Below, one piece after another: positions 61,270-64,000 of a stretch of 64,000 nucleotides of DNA. Within the stretch, counting starts at the first letter, position 1. Each line of letters opens with the position of its first letter. This DNA comes from Saccostrea cucullata. Lineage: Eukaryota. A model generated the notes under the pieces. That model made no database searches. It was not told where the DNA came from and saw nothing but the letters and a program-made list of their open reading frames with translations. A program made the position numbers and the translations under genes. The stretch is from NCBI RefSeq assembly GCF_032062105.1, contig NW_026929962.1:744001-808000 (forward strand). Direction: 5' to 3'.

Positions 61270-62978
61270 TACACGGACGTGCACTGGACCTTTTGGATAT
61301 TTCAAAGGACTATATCGTATAACTTTGTGAACTTTATGATGATACTTGTGAATATTCGTGATGTGGATCGAGATCTGTGATTTGTATCCGTCGTGACTTT
61401 TCTATTCCAATGGATCCAGGATTGGTAAGAAGTGATGAACTGTGATGAACAAAAACATTTTGGTAAAAGTAAATGTATTGATAATGGATGAACTGTTATT
61501 CATATTATTGTTTTTCATAACTATGATTCATAACTATTGACCACATTGTTATTATTGATATGTATGTATTTTTGTGGCCCCTGATTATGTTTATTCATAT
61601 TGCAAATGTTACTTTTCATGACAATATTCCCATGAAATACAGTCCCAAAATTGAGATTTGATAAAACGACCCAACATTCGGGACGAATGTTTTCATGGAG
61701 GGGGAGCTCTGTTACGAATTTTCCCCCATGACCAAAATAACCCACAGATTGGATCACCCCAATTTATGCCCTGAATATTTAATCTATGTATCGTAAATTT
61801 ATTTGTAGATATCATGGGAATATTACCAATTATCGTATGTCATTAATGTATGCTTTATAATTCATTGTATATGTTTATTTCATGGATATCCTTTCGTTGT
61901 AATGTACAAACCCGAATTTCCTCCATATACCAGCCCAATCGTAATAGCAAATGGCCGTCTGGCATTGTTATACGATCAAGGTACCCAAATCCATCTTGGC
62001 ATCGTTACCAAAACAATTCCCAAACATCAGATCATCCCTTTTCCCGCATTTGTAATGATAAAGCCTTTACTTGATGCAAAAGTTATTTGTGTTACCATAC
62101 AAACGTCGCGCGAATACTGGCGGTACCGCTGGTTATTCGCACGTGAACTAATTCGGCCCTAGTGATGAAAGGGTATATAAAGAAGGCTCTTTGGACTTTT
62201 TCTTCAGTCTGGGACGTTGGTCAGACTCATTAACATCTGACCAGCTCAGAAAATCCCAGCTCCCCAGAAGTGGGTAAAATCTGATGCCCCGTATTGGGTA
62301 AATAAACCCAATCTGCCAAGCCCGGCAGATCCATACCCAATTGATTCACTGATGCCAATCCCCGGCAGATCCATACCCAATTGATTCATTGATGCCAATC
62401 CCGGCGGATCCATACCCCAATTGATTCATTGTTTATAAATTCATCCGGGTAACCCGGTCGAGCCGGATACCTTTTTATTGTCGGGTAACCCATAATTTAT
62501 TATTGCCTAATTGCCAATTCTTATTGTTATTTGTTATTCATTGTTTGCACCATAATAAATTTTATAAATTTGCAACCTGACTTTTCATTTAGAGTTAAAG
62601 GGTAAAATTCAGAAACAGGAGACCCACAATAATTTATTTTCATTGTAACAAACCCTGGAACAGGCGGAAACGTTACAGATCAAATATGGAAGTCAAACTA
62701 TATCTGTTTAAGAAGAAAGGAAAGATAGCAGAAAAGCTAAAACTTTTACAATGCAAGGCAAAAGAAGACATCGCGATTTATATGTACGTTTTGCTCCAAT
62801 AACGGATTTGATGTTTATTCCCACAATTTCACAAATGCACATAGAATTTATTGATAGAAAAACTAAGTATATTATTGATACTCTATAATTAGTAAATTAA
62901 GAACAAATACAGATCATGATACAAATAAGATTTTATTCAGATTCTGTAATGACAGATTTCTTACATTTAGTTAATCAG

Positions 62979-63088
62979 TCAACCAACAAGACTTGGATAT
63001 AGAGATCTGCAAAAAACAGAAAAAAATATTTATACATCCAAAAAACTACATGAAAAGACGAATATAATGTACCTCGTATTTATATCTA

Positions 63089-63167
<79 letters not shown>

Positions 63168-64000
63168 CCCTGACTGATAGAATATGAAAATAACGAACAC
63201 ATATTATCAGTATTATTTTCAATATTATTTTCAATATGATCTTATGAATACTCGCCTTTTTTCACAGACATATGGCCGATGTTCATCACAATCATCGTCG
63301 TCCCATTGACGGTTCGCCAGTCTTATTGACAGACAGTTTTCCCCATTCATATTGTTAGGCCTTCCATGAGCAAAATTGGTGAAATTGAATTTCAATCCGA
63401 TTGGTTCCCATACCCATGTGCCTTCTATCGTCCAATCAGATCCTCCTATCCAGAAGGAGGAGCCTGAAATCACAAAATCTTTTAACGAAAGCTTCAATCA
63501 GAATATTTTGTGAGATATTTTTGATGTTTGTTGAATTTAGCTTTGCCCTCCTGAAAAGCAATTGATTATATTAGTAAAATACTTTTTCATGAAGATGGGG
63601 GTAAATGTGTGAAATAATCTTTTTTTCCGTTTAAACAATTTTTACAAAAGAAATATAGAGTTTCTCTTCTTTTTTCTAAATAAATTACTTGAATTTTCAA
63701 ATAAAAATCCACGAACATAGCTTTCTTCAAATATTGAAAATCATTCAAAATAACTTTTGAAAACTGACACTGGGAAACGATATTGTCGTTAGCATTTTTC
63801 AAAAATAATATTGAGTGTGTAAAGAATAAGTTTTTCAGAGCTTAAGAAAAACATTAATGCATAAAACAGAAATAAAGTGCAGAATTACACTTTTTAGCAT
63901 TTAATTGAAAGAAATAAACACTTACTGTGTGATTTTTGTAGCAGAGACACTATGAATGCATTAGTGTCTCTGTCCATAATATGTGCAAGGTGTCCGCCAT
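62979..64000 (-). CDS. C-type lectin gene 4, partial (exons 3-5), GC-AG last intron
   Basis: Exons 63926->64000, 63256-63463, 62979-63006: GGHLAHI...SSSFWIGGSD..RPNN..C..WDD..C...YVCEKRSLYPSLVG*. Confidence 0.82.
63092..63163. repeat. (GA)n microsatellite in lectin 4 last intron
   Basis: Pure GA run. Confidence 0.95.

Larger units (their letters stand above)
57546..62677 (+). mobile_element. Gypsy/Ty3-type LTR element lacking RT core, RNase H and integrase; 4-bp TSD GATC
   Basis: LTRs 57546-58512 and 61710-62677 (TG...CA, about 7 differences by eye); PBS after the 5' LTR; PPT GGAGGGGGAG at about 61697-61706. Confidence 0.95.

Noticed and set aside
57685-62162. Duplicated small ORFs (74 and 86 aa)
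   Set aside because: They are incidental ORFs in the two LTR copies.

Overview
AT-rich, repeat-dense eukaryotic (animal) DNA. The gene and repeat content points to a bivalve mollusc, probably an oyster (inference). Host genes: one two-exon IL-17-family cytokine gene (+), two intronless Cys-loop/nAChR-like subunit genes (+), and four tandem five-exon perlucin-like C-type lectin genes (-), the last truncated by the window edge. Most of the remaining sequence is transposon-derived and heavily nested. It includes a decayed BEL/Pao LTR element, a young Gypsy-type element that keeps only gag and protease (with a -1 frameshift signal), and a two-gene PIF/Harbinger element whose empty target site is also in the window. 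A non-coding element with split direct repeats (Ngaro/DIRS-like, or tandem Helentron) hosts the Harbinger inside a 12.4-kb lectin intron. There are also four TAY...RTA, 6-bp-TSD (IS3EU-like) non-autonomous elements, three of them built from 21-22-bp palindromic arrays. Smaller items are Helentron-type HINEs, a tRNA SINE, Penelope and RTE-X remnants, a 47-bp satellite grown out of a Penelope end, and many MITEs. No rRNA, true tRNA or CRISPR was found. All coordinates were read by eye; family names come from recalled structural rules, not database searches.
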